Shown here: positions 27,452 through 36,451 of the stretch, piece by piece
Numbering within the stretch: the stretch's first letter is position 1
Layout of the letters: every line of letters begins with the position of its first letter
Sequence record: NC_049832.1
Reading direction: 5' to 3' (one strand)
DNA from: Escherichia phage vB_EcoS-DELF2
DNA: 50,168 bases
Position numbers and translations under genes: made by a program
Notes under the pieces: model-generated
Seen by the model: only the letters and a program-made list of their open reading frames with translations
Databases searched by the model: none
What the model was told of the DNA's origin: nothing

Positions 27452-27864
27452 TTCATTAATTCGTAAATTGCGACCTTGAATTGCTCAAATCCGTATGCGA
27501 CGGCAGGGAAGCCTCCACGCTCACGGACCTTTCGGAGAAATTCCCTTTGCTTGTCGCTGACTGGTGACGCCTTTCCTTTGCCTGATTTATTAACCCGCTT
27601 GAGTTCTATTGCTGCAAACGGGTATCGTGAGTTAACACCAATCAGGATAACGAAGTCTGACACGCCTTTAAGTAATCCGGCCTGCTCATCCCTGAGCGCC
27701 GATGTGATTGTTTTTTCACCTTCATTGACAGTGTGCCAAAATAGAAGGTGAGGAAAATTGTATTTCAGCCAGGATACACAATCCACCTGATGAGCGTCCT
27801 CCTTTCGAGTGTCGCTTGGATCTCTCTCGTAAAATTCTAAATAATCACCTTTGTCTGTAATCAT
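27448..27864 (-). CDS. VRR-NUC domain nuclease
   Basis: PD-(D/E)xK signature VSDFVIL...AAIELK...SDKQ. Confidence 0.55.
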   Translation of the reverse strand: MITDKGDYLEFYERDPSDTRKEDAHQVDCVSWLKYNFPHLLFWHTVNEGEKTITSALRDEQAGLLKGVSDFVILIGVNSRYPFAAIELKRVNKSGKGKASPVSDKQREFLRKVRERGGFPAVAYGFEQFKVAIYELMK

Positions 27865-29879
27865 TCCGGGATATCCTCCATACCAAAGTCTTTTCGTGAG
27901 ATAATATCTTCTTTCTTCTGGTTGCGACGATGAGTTACGCGCACCGGGTGAGCAATATGATGTGAGTATTGCAAAATCTTGATGGCGTTCTTCATTCCGA
28001 TAAAGTAGCGGCGCATTTTAGGATCTGATACGTGTGGCAATACACCTTTCGTTTTCCATAGCGTACCGCAAATCTTAGAGTCAGACTCGGGGAAGAATTT
28101 TTCATACGCCTTGAACTCATCACCATCGTCGTTAATCAGCGTGTATTTGTATATTATGCCTTTCTGGTTTTTGGTTAGCGTAACCTCAAAATTCTTTACT
28201 TCATACCAGTCATTCTTAGTGTACGCCTTACAGGATAGCTTCAGGTTAGGATCGACAAGCGAAACATCACAACAACGACAGACTCGGGCCACAACGTCAT
28301 TCTCTGCGCCGCACCCTTTAACAAGGATTTTTCCGGTTCGCTCGTCAACCTGGTCCTCACAAATCCGAGAAGTCCAGAAATGATCGCAACGTTCACCATC
28401 AATGACATTAACGCATCGTCGAGCATAGAAGCTATTTACGCAACCGCATTTCGGGCATGTTTTCGGATCTTTGCCGTTTTCAAAACGCTTCTGGAATTGC
28501 GCCTGCTCAAGTATCGGATCGAAATAAAGCTGACCCAGCTCATCCATCGTACCTGCGAAATCCCATACCAGATGGTCCTGCTTAACCATACCCTCAGCAA
28601 CCTGCCATGATTTAAGCAGTCGCATACCCCTGCCCAAAAGTTGAATCAACAGAGTGAGCGATCCTATCTTGCGGAGTATGACACTGAAATCCCAATTTGG
28701 AACGTTAACGCCAGTAGTGAGCGCCATTACCTGAAAGGTGTATTTAATTTTTCCGGCCCTTACGTCGTCCAGAATCTTCTTGCGCGCTTTGTTGTCTGTG
28801 TCGCCAGTAATAATTGCATAGGTGCTTCCCGGAGGAAGTGCTGCCGCTGCCTCTTTGCAGTGGCGCACACCAGCGCATGTAATCAGAACCGCGTTACGCT
28901 CTTCGGCCTTTTTGGCGACCATTTGCATAATTCGCTGAGTCAGGGATTCATCATGAAGGATCTCATCCTCCATCGCTTTCATGTCTTTCTCTGTAAAGTC
29001 CTGCACCCCGTCCTCGCTCGACGCCTTAAACTTATCCAGATCGTAGTGAACTCCGTCCGTTGATCCGAATATAGTCGGAACGACAGATCCGAACTCAATC
29101 AGATAGTTTGTGTCGATATCAGTTACTCGCTCACGCCAGAATCCCAATGCTTTCGGATTCTCTACCAGAATAGGAACTACGCCACGAAATTCAGATCCAG
29201 TCATGCCAAATATTCTGAGATCGTGACCGTGAACCTTTTTACAGCGCCGCATCATTTCCATGATTACGATCGTGTATTGACTGCGCTTAGTTCCAAGCAA
29301 AGGTTTTCCATCATTACCAATCAGTGGAATATCTCCGTCCATGATGATTTTCCCTTTCTCGCCCCTCATCTGTTCCATCGTTTCCTTGCCTTCGATGGCT
29401 TGCGCAAGGTCTTCCCAATCTACCTGATGACATTCATCAATACCGATTACGTGCGGGACGAAATCAGCAAGCTCATTGTCGAGGCCATTTGCAACCGTAC
29501 CCTCAGAACCAACCACGATCGGGAAGTAGCAGGACTTAATTCCAAGCGATGCTGAGAAGATGGAGTTCGTTACCCCGAAGTTGTCGATCTCTTCGCTATC
29601 CTGATCGACAATCTCACCCTGGCGAGCCAGGACAAGCATTTTTAAGCCCATTTTCTGACACTGCTTTGCAACCATAGCAAAAATGATGGTCTTGCCAGCA
29701 GACACTGACGCTTTAACGAAGAATGGGTGCTCATAATTTGACAAGCGCTTCGCGATCTCGGCGTAAGCAACAACCTGATACGGATAAGGAACTACTTCAC
29801 CTACAGTGAATCGCTCCTGAGTTCGCTTTATGTAGTCCTCGCCAAGTAATGCAATCTGTTTTTTAATGTTCATTGTCAC
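27861..29879 (-). CDS. SF2 DNA helicase (DEAH box) with C-terminal Cys-rich zinc ribbon
   Basis: Walker A SVSAGKT, DEAH-like GIDECHQV, CPKCGC...C..C cluster. Confidence 0.8.
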   Translation of the reverse strand: MTMNIKKQIALLGEDYIKRTQERFTVGEVVPYPYQVVAYAEIAKRLSNYEHPFFVKASVSAGKTIIFAMVAKQCQKMGLKMLVLARQGEIVDQDSEEIDNFGVTNSIFSASLGIKSCYFPIVVGSEGTVANGLDNELADFVPHVIGIDECHQVDWEDLAQAIEGKETMEQMRGEKGKIIMDGDIPLIGNDGKPLLGTKRSQYTIVIMEMMRRCKKVHGHDLRIFGMTGSEFRGVVPILVENPKALGFWRERVTDIDTNYLIEFGSVVPTIFGSTDGVHYDLDKFKASSEDGVQDFTEKDMKAMEDEILHDESLTQRIMQMVAKKAEERNAVLITCAGVRHCKEAAAALPPGSTYAIITGDTDNKARKKILDDVRAGKIKYTFQVMALTTGVNVPNWDFSVILRKIGSLTLLIQLLGRGMRLLKSWQVAEGMVKQDHLVWDFAGTMDELGQLYFDPILEQAQFQKRFENGKDPKTCPKCGCVNSFYARRCVNVIDGERCDHFWTSRICEDQVDERTGKILVKGCGAENDVVARVCRCCDVSLVDPNLKLSCKAYTKNDWYEVKNFEVTLTKNQKGIIYKYTLINDDGDEFKAYEKFFPESDSKICGTLWKTKGVLPHVSDPKMRRYFIGMKNAIKILQYSHHIAHPVRVTHRRNQKKEDIISRKDFGMEDIPE

Positions 29880-29940
29880 GGCTATTAATCCTTTTAATCG
29901 TTGTAACGTTTACGCTATAATACACGGCATAAAGTAAACT

Positions 29941-29960
29941 TTTTTAGCAAAAAGTGCTAT
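29941..29960 (-). promoter_or_regulatory. palindrome motif copy upstream of helicase; overlaps RBS region of divergent plus gene
   Basis: TATTAT -10 about 18 nt downstream on minus strand. Confidence 0.45.
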
Positions 29961-29972
29961 AGGAGAATCAAG

Positions 29973-30425
29973 ATGAGTATTCAACGTATCGCAGAATCAA
30001 CTGGTGAAATCGATAAACGTCACATCAATGGTAACAACGGAACACGGCGCGGTAAAGATAAAAAGCCTCGACAGCGTTGCGGGTTCTATATTCATAAAGA
30101 AGAAACACGCGCCGGACTGCGAGCGCGACTTGATGCTCTTATCGAATATTACGGCGGCCCTGCGGCCTGCGCAAAGGCTCTAAAAGTTAGCAATCAGACG
30201 GTGCAAGGCTGGAAAGATCGAAATATGATTTCATGGCAAGGCGCTGAAGCTGCGCATCGCGCTTACCGCCGACAGGGGTGTAAAGGATTTCGTGCCGCAT
30301 GGTTGCGATTCGACCTGAAGTTTGACGGTAACGGCAAGTGCCTTGAGAAGCGATGCAAGAACAAGAAATTTATGCGCGTCGTGAAGAAGGAAGATATCGG
30401 AACTACCAATAGCATTTTTAGTTAA
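29973..30425 (+). CDS. putative DNA-binding protein (Cro/YdaS-like HTH)
   Basis: HTH-like segment GGPAACAKALKVSNQTVQGWKD; basic; last residues encoded by a motif copy. Confidence 0.4.
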   Translation: MSIQRIAESTGEIDKRHINGNNGTRRGKDKKPRQRCGFYIHKEETRAGLRARLDALIEYYGGPAACAKALKVSNQTVQGWKDRNMISWQGAEAAHRAYRRQGCKGFRAAWLRFDLKFDGNGKCLEKRCKNKKFMRVVKKEDIGTTNSIFS

Positions 30426-30427
30426 AA
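30409..30427 (+). promoter_or_regulatory. palindrome motif copy followed by terminator instead of -10
   Basis: Read directly. Confidence 0.4.
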
Positions 30428-30433
30428 CAAACG

Positions 30434-30474
30434 ACGCGTAGCGGGTTAACATCCTTCTACGCGTTTTTTATTTT
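30434..30474 (+). terminator. intrinsic terminator ACGCGTAG...CTACGCGT plus TTTTTTATTTT
   Basis: 8-bp perfect stem, long U-tract. Confidence 0.7.
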
Positions 30475-30486
30475 GGAGATCTGGAA

Positions 30487-31422
30487 GTGAACGAAGAATT
30501 TATGATGTTTCAGAAAGAGGACGTTTTGCCGTACATGAAGGGGTTATGGCGCGAGGCTTTCCAATCAATCTGCGGATTGCCGAATGATGTTTTTAATAAG
30601 AAGCACCAACCTTGCCCTAACTGCGGAGGTAAAGACCGCTTTCGCTGGACTGATAACCTGAACACTCCGGGCGACGGAGGTGCGATCTGCAACTCATGCG
30701 GTAACGACTCCGGGATCGGGTGGCTAATGAAATTAACTGGTATGCCGTATAGCGAATGCATAAATATCCTGGGAAGATTTCTCGGAAAAGTTCCGCAGGA
30801 ATACATCGTCAAGGCAAACAAGAAAGCGCGCCGAACTCCGGTATCTGGTGTCAATGTCATGATGGCAGATCATGAATCGGTGATGAAAGTCATGGAGCGT
30901 ACAGAGAAGCGCGTAAACACACCTCTAAGCATGTTTGAATCTCTACCTACTGAATCATTCGACGTTGGCGTAAAACGTCGCGAGGATGGCGGCGAGAGCG
31001 TATTTCACACCATACCATGTCAACTTGTACACGAGGACGGTCTTGATGATGAGTTTTGTAATATTTTGATTATTGATGATGAGGGTAGGGAGTCATTTTA
31101 CGCTAAGAAATACACAAGTTGCTCGGTTGCCGTGACTGGTAAAACAGAAAAAGCGATCTACTTATGCCTTAATTGGATTGATGCTCAGCATATTGCATTT
31201 CACACAAAGCAAGAGGTATGGGCCTGCTTCACTCCTGAGAATCTGGAAATGGTTGCATACAGATATAAAGGGGATCGAGAAGTAAGGGTTGCGTGCGAAC
31301 CTTCAGACAAGGAGACTTTATACATGGCAGACGACCGACAATTAAAAATAATCATCCCAAATCCTGGAGGATACCGCTCAGGAATGCAAGCCAAGTTATT
31401 CTCAGCAAGTGACCTACTCTAA
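30487..31422 (+). CDS. putative DNA primase (zinc-binding)
   Basis: CPNCGG...CNSCGN zinc-finger pair near N-terminus; GGAG RBS before GTG 30487. Confidence 0.45.
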   Translation: MNEEFMMFQKEDVLPYMKGLWREAFQSICGLPNDVFNKKHQPCPNCGGKDRFRWTDNLNTPGDGGAICNSCGNDSGIGWLMKLTGMPYSECINILGRFLGKVPQEYIVKANKKARRTPVSGVNVMMADHESVMKVMERTEKRVNTPLSMFESLPTESFDVGVKRREDGGESVFHTIPCQLVHEDGLDDEFCNILIIDDEGRESFYAKKYTSCSVAVTGKTEKAIYLCLNWIDAQHIAFHTKQEVWACFTPENLEMVAYRYKGDREVRVACEPSDKETLYMADDRQLKIIIPNPGGYRSGMQAKLFSASDLL

Positions 31423-31444
31423 CCGCCTTCGGGCGGTTTTTTAT
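31421..31444 (+). terminator. intrinsic terminator ACCGCC-TTCG-GGCGGT plus T-run
   Basis: Immediately after primase stop. Confidence 0.7.
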
Positions 31445-31461
31445 TGTCCATTGCAAGTCTG

Positions 31462-31503
31462 ATAGCACAATGATAAAATCAGTGTTTAGCAATTCGTGCT
31501 ATT
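31462..31503. promoter_or_regulatory. inverted pair of palindrome motif copies upstream of tail fiber gene
   Basis: ATAGCACAATGATAAAAT and TTTAGCAATTCGTGCTAT face each other. Confidence 0.4.
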
Positions 31504-31522
31504 TACTTAAGGAGTTTATACT

Positions 31523-33370
31523 ATGGCTTTATATAGACGCGGCACTGCATCAATGGATGCAGACGGCACGGTTCACGGAACCGATACGAAATGGAAAGAT
31601 CAGCTTGCTCTGATTCGAGTCGGTGCAACTATCGTATTCCTGGAGCAACCAATTAAGCTGGCGGTAATCAGCGATATTGTGAGCGACACAGAGCTAAAGG
31701 CTATCTCTACGGATGGTCAGACTGCCGCTGACGGAAAGTATGTGATCCTGCTTAACGATTCACTGACTGTAAACGGATTAGCTCAAAACGTTGCTGAGAC
31801 ATTGCGTTACTACCAGAGCAAAGAAACTGAGATCGCTGCGGCTCTTGATATCATCAATCAGCTTGATATGGATAAACTTGAGCAAATACTTGCTGAGGTG
31901 AATAAGGCGAAATCTGATTCTCAAGCTGCGCAAAATCAGGCTGAATTAGCGCGTGACGCAGCCAACGCTGCACGCGATGAAACTAACTCAATCAAGAACC
32001 AGACTCAACAAATTGTTGACGGTGCTGTAGGTAGTATTAATGCAGCAAAGGATCAGGCTATTACTGATATCGGATCTAAGGAATCATCTGTCATCACTCA
32101 CATTGACACTGAAGAGGCGGCGGCCATTCAGGCAATCAATGATGCTAAAGGCGATCTATTCGGGTATGTTAATGATGCTCAGACTGCGGCGCAAACTGCA
32201 ACATCAGCAAAAAACGATGCCCAAGCAGCACGCGATGCAGCGGTTAGCGCCAAAGATGCGGCAGCGGTAAGTGCTCAGGAAGCTCAGGACGCAGCAAATA
32301 GCGTTAATGCTGACAATCTTTTAACTAAGGACGGTAATTTAGCTGGTCTTGAGGATAAATTAGAATCATGGAAAAACTTGAGGCCAGACGCCCCATTAGA
32401 GTTACTTAAAGATCCTGAAGGCAACATGGACGCAACTACTAAGGGTTGGGTTGAGAAAGGCCTAAAAGTAAACGAATGGTCTATTTATAAAAATCTAGAC
32501 TCTGAGCCGCCAAGCGGTTCCGATTCTTCAGGCGGCAGGATTGATTCAAAATTCAAGGTTGGTGAAGTTGATAAGTACAGATCCTCTTTCGAATTGCAGG
32601 GAGGTAATGAAATAGATATATGGACAAGGATAACAACAATCAATGACAGATATAAGCAGGGCGCGGCAACATGGGATTTCAAACTGGACGGAAAGTTGAT
32701 TTTTAACAAGGGTCTAACACCAAATGGAACTGGATACTCGCCAGGTAATACCTATTTGACATTAGCTAATACATGGATGAGTTCTCAGCACAGCGGTTAT
32801 ATTGGTCTAGTTGGTGGCGGCGTTGGTGTATCTAACGGAGGCTGGAGGAACTTTGTTTCTTTGGGAGCGCTTATTTTTCCAGATAGTACTCACCCGCAAG
32901 CGGTAATATCTCAGGTGTACGATTATGATATAGCTTCAGGTAATCAGCCAAACGGTGACATTATAAGGAATACATCGTTTAACGCTGAGAGCTACGACAT
33001 AACGTTTGGGAATAACTCAGGTACTGTCAACTATATATTTTCCAAGTCTCCAGTGTCAGATGAGAGACTTAAAAGCGACATAAGGGATATTGAAACAAGA
33101 TTGGCGCTTGACAATTTGATGAAAATGAAATACCGATCATTCACATACAATTATGACAAGGAGAAAACTGTAAGGAGAGGGTTCATAGCTCAACAGCTTA
33201 TGAGCATAGATAGTCAGTACGTTAGAAAGTACGGAAATATGAATGGGGAAGATTACACGTTATCACTTGATGAGAACGTTCTTTTGCTTGACGCTATAGC
33301 TGCGATACAGGAGCTTTCAAAGCAAGTATCTTCTCTAAAAGAAGAAATAAAATCACTTAAACAATCATAA
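31523..33370 (+). CDS. lateral tail fiber with C-terminal intramolecular chaperone (peptidase S74-like) domain
   Basis: Coiled-coil Ala/Gln-rich shaft; C-terminal SDERLKSDIRDIE...YRSFTYNYDKEK chaperone signature. Confidence 0.75.
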   Translation: MALYRRGTASMDADGTVHGTDTKWKDQLALIRVGATIVFLEQPIKLAVISDIVSDTELKAISTDGQTAADGKYVILLNDSLTVNGLAQNVAETLRYYQSKETEIAAALDIINQLDMDKLEQILAEVNKAKSDSQAAQNQAELARDAANAARDETNSIKNQTQQIVDGAVGSINAAKDQAITDIGSKESSVITHIDTEEAAAIQAINDAKGDLFGYVNDAQTAAQTATSAKNDAQAARDAAVSAKDAAAVSAQEAQDAANSVNADNLLTKDGNLAGLEDKLESWKNLRPDAPLELLKDPEGNMDATTKGWVEKGLKVNEWSIYKNLDSEPPSGSDSSGGRIDSKFKVGEVDKYRSSFELQGGNEIDIWTRITTINDRYKQGAATWDFKLDGKLIFNKGLTPNGTGYSPGNTYLTLANTWMSSQHSGYIGLVGGGVGVSNGGWRNFVSLGALIFPDSTHPQAVISQVYDYDIASGNQPNGDIIRNTSFNAESYDITFGNNSGTVNYIFSKSPVSDERLKSDIRDIETRLALDNLMKMKYRSFTYNYDKEKTVRRGFIAQQLMSIDSQYVRKYGNMNGEDYTLSLDENVLLLDAIAAIQELSKQVSSLKEEIKSLKQS

Positions 33371-33375
33371 AGAAA

Positions 33376-33394
33376 AGCCCCGCAATGCGGGGCT
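33376..33394. terminator. bidirectional terminator AGCCCCGC-AAT-GCGGGGCT
   Basis: Between convergent tail fiber and SSB genes. Confidence 0.7.
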
Positions 33395-33400
33395 TTCTTA

Positions 33401-33859
33401 TCAGAATGGGATATCATCGTCAAATGTTGACTGAGGGTTCGGTTGTGGTTGTTGTTGAGTTCGCTGTTGTTGCTGAGGGTTCGGTTGTGGTTGTTGTTGA
33501 GTTCGCTGTTGTTGCTGAGGCGATCGCTGTTGTTGATTGCTTTGTCCTCGTTGACTGAATACCAGCTTAGGAAAATCAGCGGCCTGCAATGAATTGTAAA
33601 CCTTTCCGTTGTGCTCACGGGATGAGATCTTCAACGTTTCGCATGATACAGATATAACTCGACCAACCTGGAACGCTTCACGATACCAGTCAGCAAGGCC
33701 AGGCTTTCCACCATCACTAAAAAAGAATGTGTAGTTGGTGTATTCTCGATCGCCATCACGAGGTTTATAGCTCTCTGCCAGTTCGATGATATAAGTATTG
33801 CCGCCGTTACGCTCCAGAATCTTAGGTTCTTTTCGGATCTCGCCAGTGATAATATGCAT
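33401..33859 (-). CDS. ssb: single-stranded DNA-binding protein
   Basis: C-terminal acidic tail DDDIPF; Gln/Pro-rich linker with tandem repeat. Confidence 0.85.
   Translation of the reverse strand: MHIITGEIRKEPKILERNGGNTYIIELAESYKPRDGDREYTNYTFFFSDGGKPGLADWYREAFQVGRVISVSCETLKISSREHNGKVYNSLQAADFPKLVFSQRGQSNQQQRSPQQQQRTQQQPQPNPQQQQRTQQQPQPNPQSTFDDDIPF
33431..33540. repeat. 42-bp tandem repeat (about 2.5 copies) inside SSB linker
   Basis: ctgagggttcggttgtggttgttgttgagttcgctgttgttg repeated; encodes QQQRTQQQPQPNPQ twice. Confidence 0.85.
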
Positions 33860-33905
33860 GTTTTTCTCTCCTAAAATTTATGTGCGACCGAAGCCGCCCT
33901 GATGA

Positions 33906-34553
33906 TTATTCGAAGTTGGTGATTGATTGAGATTGTACAGGCTTCGCGCTCGTTGCTTCAACCTGTTTTTTCTGTTCCGGTTGTGCCGGGCGAATACCGC
34001 GAGCTTTACCGATCTCAAACTTAGCCTTAAGTGCGTTGTAGTGATCCTGAATGATTGACTTGCTTGCTGTGTCCGTCTGTCGGTAAGCGTTAGCCCATAC
34101 CTCTTTCAGTGATTCGATATCTTCACACGCATCAAGTTCTTTCTTCCAGTCCTTGACAGATTTTACTGCAAGCTGAGCATCGTCATCACTCTGGCTAATC
34201 CCCAGCGCTGCGGCTAATGAGTAACGTCGAGCATAAGTCATTGCGGAACCTACACCTTGCGGATCGCGCTTTGCAATCGGCATCATCATGAAGAATTTGG
34301 CCCACTGACCGGATTTGTGAATCAGCATAGTTTCAAGGTGGAAGGTCGTTTCCGTGCTTGTATCCAGCATTGATTGCAGGATCATGATATCGTTATCGGT
34401 TAGCGCCGGGCTTACTGCCGCCATCATTGCATCAAGAGTTGCGTATGAGTTTTTCAGGTGATTGTTTTTAGCGTCCTTCTTTGCTTTAGCGAATTTGTTG
34501 CGAGCATTGAACAGCGCGGGAAGGATTTCGTTGGTTTCTGGTGATAATTGCAT
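33906..34553 (-). CDS. erf: Erf-family single-strand annealing recombinase
   Basis: ERF-like core (GSAMTYARRYSLAAALGI); CACCAATCAGGAG leader before ATG 34553. Confidence 0.75.
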   Translation of the reverse strand: MQLSPETNEILPALFNARNKFAKAKKDAKNNHLKNSYATLDAMMAAVSPALTDNDIMILQSMLDTSTETTFHLETMLIHKSGQWAKFFMMMPIAKRDPQGVGSAMTYARRYSLAAALGISQSDDDAQLAVKSVKDWKKELDACEDIESLKEVWANAYRQTDTASKSIIQDHYNALKAKFEIGKARGIRPAQPEQKKQVEATSAKPVQSQSITNFE

Positions 34554-34627
34554 TTTAACTTCTCCTGATTGGTGTATGAGGTGCATTATAACACCTCATT
34601 AATTATTTGTTTAGCTATTTGTGCCGT

Positions 34628-35692
34628 TTACTTATTTTGGTAACGCACCCATGATGGCGTTTCAAGTTCGATCTCGCTTGCGTCTCCAGCGTACCCAGGC
34701 CAAACATCCATTTCAGAGCAAGCCTTGTAAGTGTGGACTACGCTAATGTACTGGTTACGACCGATCCTGATTTGCTCCATAGTCATACGGTAAGCCAGTG
34801 CGATATAAGGCTCTTTTTTCTCCTGCGCAAGCAATCTAACTACGATCGGGATATCTTCAGGGAAGTTGCCTTCAAAAGCGCCAGCCTGGATTGCGCGTCG
34901 TAGCAGATCATGCTGCAAGGCCATTTTCAGATAATACCCGTGATTGTATGCCAGTCTCGGGAACTCTAACGGGTTGGCGCTCATTGTTGTTTTGAAATCT
35001 GTGATAATCAGTGCTTCCGGGAAAATTACGTCTTCAAATACCGGATCACCATTCTCATCATAACCAGTCAGTACACGACCTGGTACATTCTCTTTGTAGT
35101 CCAGATGGTCAAGTCTAACCTTAACCTTGACGCCGGATATCTCACCGAAGATTGAAATCTCACGCTGCGCCGTTTCGCTGTTGATGCACGCTTCGTGATC
35201 CGGGTTTTGCTCAAGGATGGCCCTCATCTTCATGCAGGCGTCGTATTTGTCAGCGTCAACGAGTATCTTTCCTTCAGCGCGCGCCTCAGCCTCTGCGATC
35301 AGTTCAATCAGGTATTGAACGTTAAGGTCTTCGCCACAATCAACCATCATTTTGATGAGGTCCGGGTACTGCTTACCGGATGTACCTTTCAGGCCAAAAG
35401 ATTTTAATTTTGCCGCTAGTGCAGCTTGCGAAGTAATGAGATCTTTAAACTCTGACGGGGCCGGACAACGGGCATACGATGCAGTAAACAGATCTCGGCT
35501 CTCAAAGTTGGTATGCGACTGAGTACCGAACTCCAGCGCTTTAGTAGTCTCGTTCTTCTTGAATCGCCAGTTAGCCGGGCAAGTCTGATAAATTTCTGCA
35601 AGGCTAGAACCGCTTACATACTCTGCCGCCCAACCTTCGTTGCTATGATACTCGTCATTAGAAAGCTGACTTGATGTGAATACCTGGAACAT
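34628..35692 (-). CDS. putative exonuclease (PD-(D/E)xK, RecE-like partner of Erf)
   Basis: Position upstream of Erf; ITDFK motif. Confidence 0.5.
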   Translation of the reverse strand: MFQVFTSSQLSNDEYHSNEGWAAEYVSGSSLAEIYQTCPANWRFKKNETTKALEFGTQSHTNFESRDLFTASYARCPAPSEFKDLITSQAALAAKLKSFGLKGTSGKQYPDLIKMMVDCGEDLNVQYLIELIAEAEARAEGKILVDADKYDACMKMRAILEQNPDHEACINSETAQREISIFGEISGVKVKVRLDHLDYKENVPGRVLTGYDENGDPVFEDVIFPEALIITDFKTTMSANPLEFPRLAYNHGYYLKMALQHDLLRRAIQAGAFEGNFPEDIPIVVRLLAQEKKEPYIALAYRMTMEQIRIGRNQYISVVHTYKACSEMDVWPGYAGDASEIELETPSWVRYQNK

Positions 35693-36218
35693 TTCGTTTA
35701 TCTCCCTCGTTTACGATGAATCCATTATAGCCATTAACAGCGTTTAGTCAATCGAATACATGTAATTGGTGTGTAATTGCGTGTCTATATCACTCAAGTT
35801 ACAACCAGCGCCAACGGAATCAATTACTTAATCCTGTTTTTATGTGGTGTCTATTGCGTAATACTTGTAACCGCTTTTTCTTAGAAATACAAAGATATCC
35901 ATGAATAGAATCAAGATTGATTATATTTTGAACAAATATGATAGAAATTTGACGAATCAATCAAATCACCAGTTACACGATAGACAACTGTTACACAACA
36001 ATAATTATATATATAAAGCTAAAATTAAATATTATCTATCTATATATATTATATAGAGTTTTTATCACATCACCATGCGGTCGGATGGGGTGGATTTTGT
36101 AACACCTGTTCCGGTTACAAAAATAGACACCTGTTACACGAAAAAATTGTAATCGCGCTATTGCAATAAAAGTAAATGCGACATACAATGCAATCACACT
36201 AACGACGAGGACATACAA
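35693..36218. repeat. AT-rich divergent intergenic region with iteron-like repeats
   Basis: ATAGACA(A/C)CTGTTACAC x2, GTGTCTAT x2 in opposite orientation, TGTAACACCTGTT, ATATTATCTATCT. Confidence 0.5.
36160..36189 (+). promoter_or_regulatory. canonical sigma70-type promoter (TTGCAA-17-TACAAT) for lipoprotein gene
   Basis: Read directly; approximate coordinates. Confidence 0.5.
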
Positions 36219-36449
36219 ATGAAAAAGTTAATCGCCATTATTGCTGCTGCATTTATCCTGACTGGTTGCGCTCAGAATCTTAAAAATGGAGACTGCGTTA
36301 CTTACGCTTACGGATCTTGCATGATGCGATTCGTTGACGGTAAGAAGGTTCCGGCTGGCGAAATCGATATGCGATTCAAAGGTCTGTCATCCGACGACGA
36401 TCAGGGTAACTTCAGCGGAAAGGTGTCAATAAAAACTAAAGAGTGGTAA
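36219..36449 (+). CDS. small lipoprotein, putative superinfection-exclusion factor (Cor/Llp-like)
   Basis: Signal peptide with lipobox LTGC; 76 aa; next to tail fiber/receptor-binding locus. Confidence 0.6.
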   Translation: MKKLIAIIAAAFILTGCAQNLKNGDCVTYAYGSCMMRFVDGKKVPAGEIDMRFKGLSSDDDQGNFSGKVSIKTKEW

Positions 36450-36451
36450 TT

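Noticed and set aside
9440-31503. Repeated 19-bp motif as a possible CRISPR array
   Set aside because: Copies are separated by whole genes of variable length (hundreds of bp), occur in both orientations and co-occur with -10 elements and ribosome-binding sites; no regular repeat-spacer periodicity.
33253-33618. 121-aa ORF overlapping the SSB gene on the same strand
   Set aside because: Alternative-frame reading of the 42-bp tandem repeat (its repeated NNSELNNNHNRTLS is an artefact of the repeat); SSB frame has the conserved DDDIPF tail.
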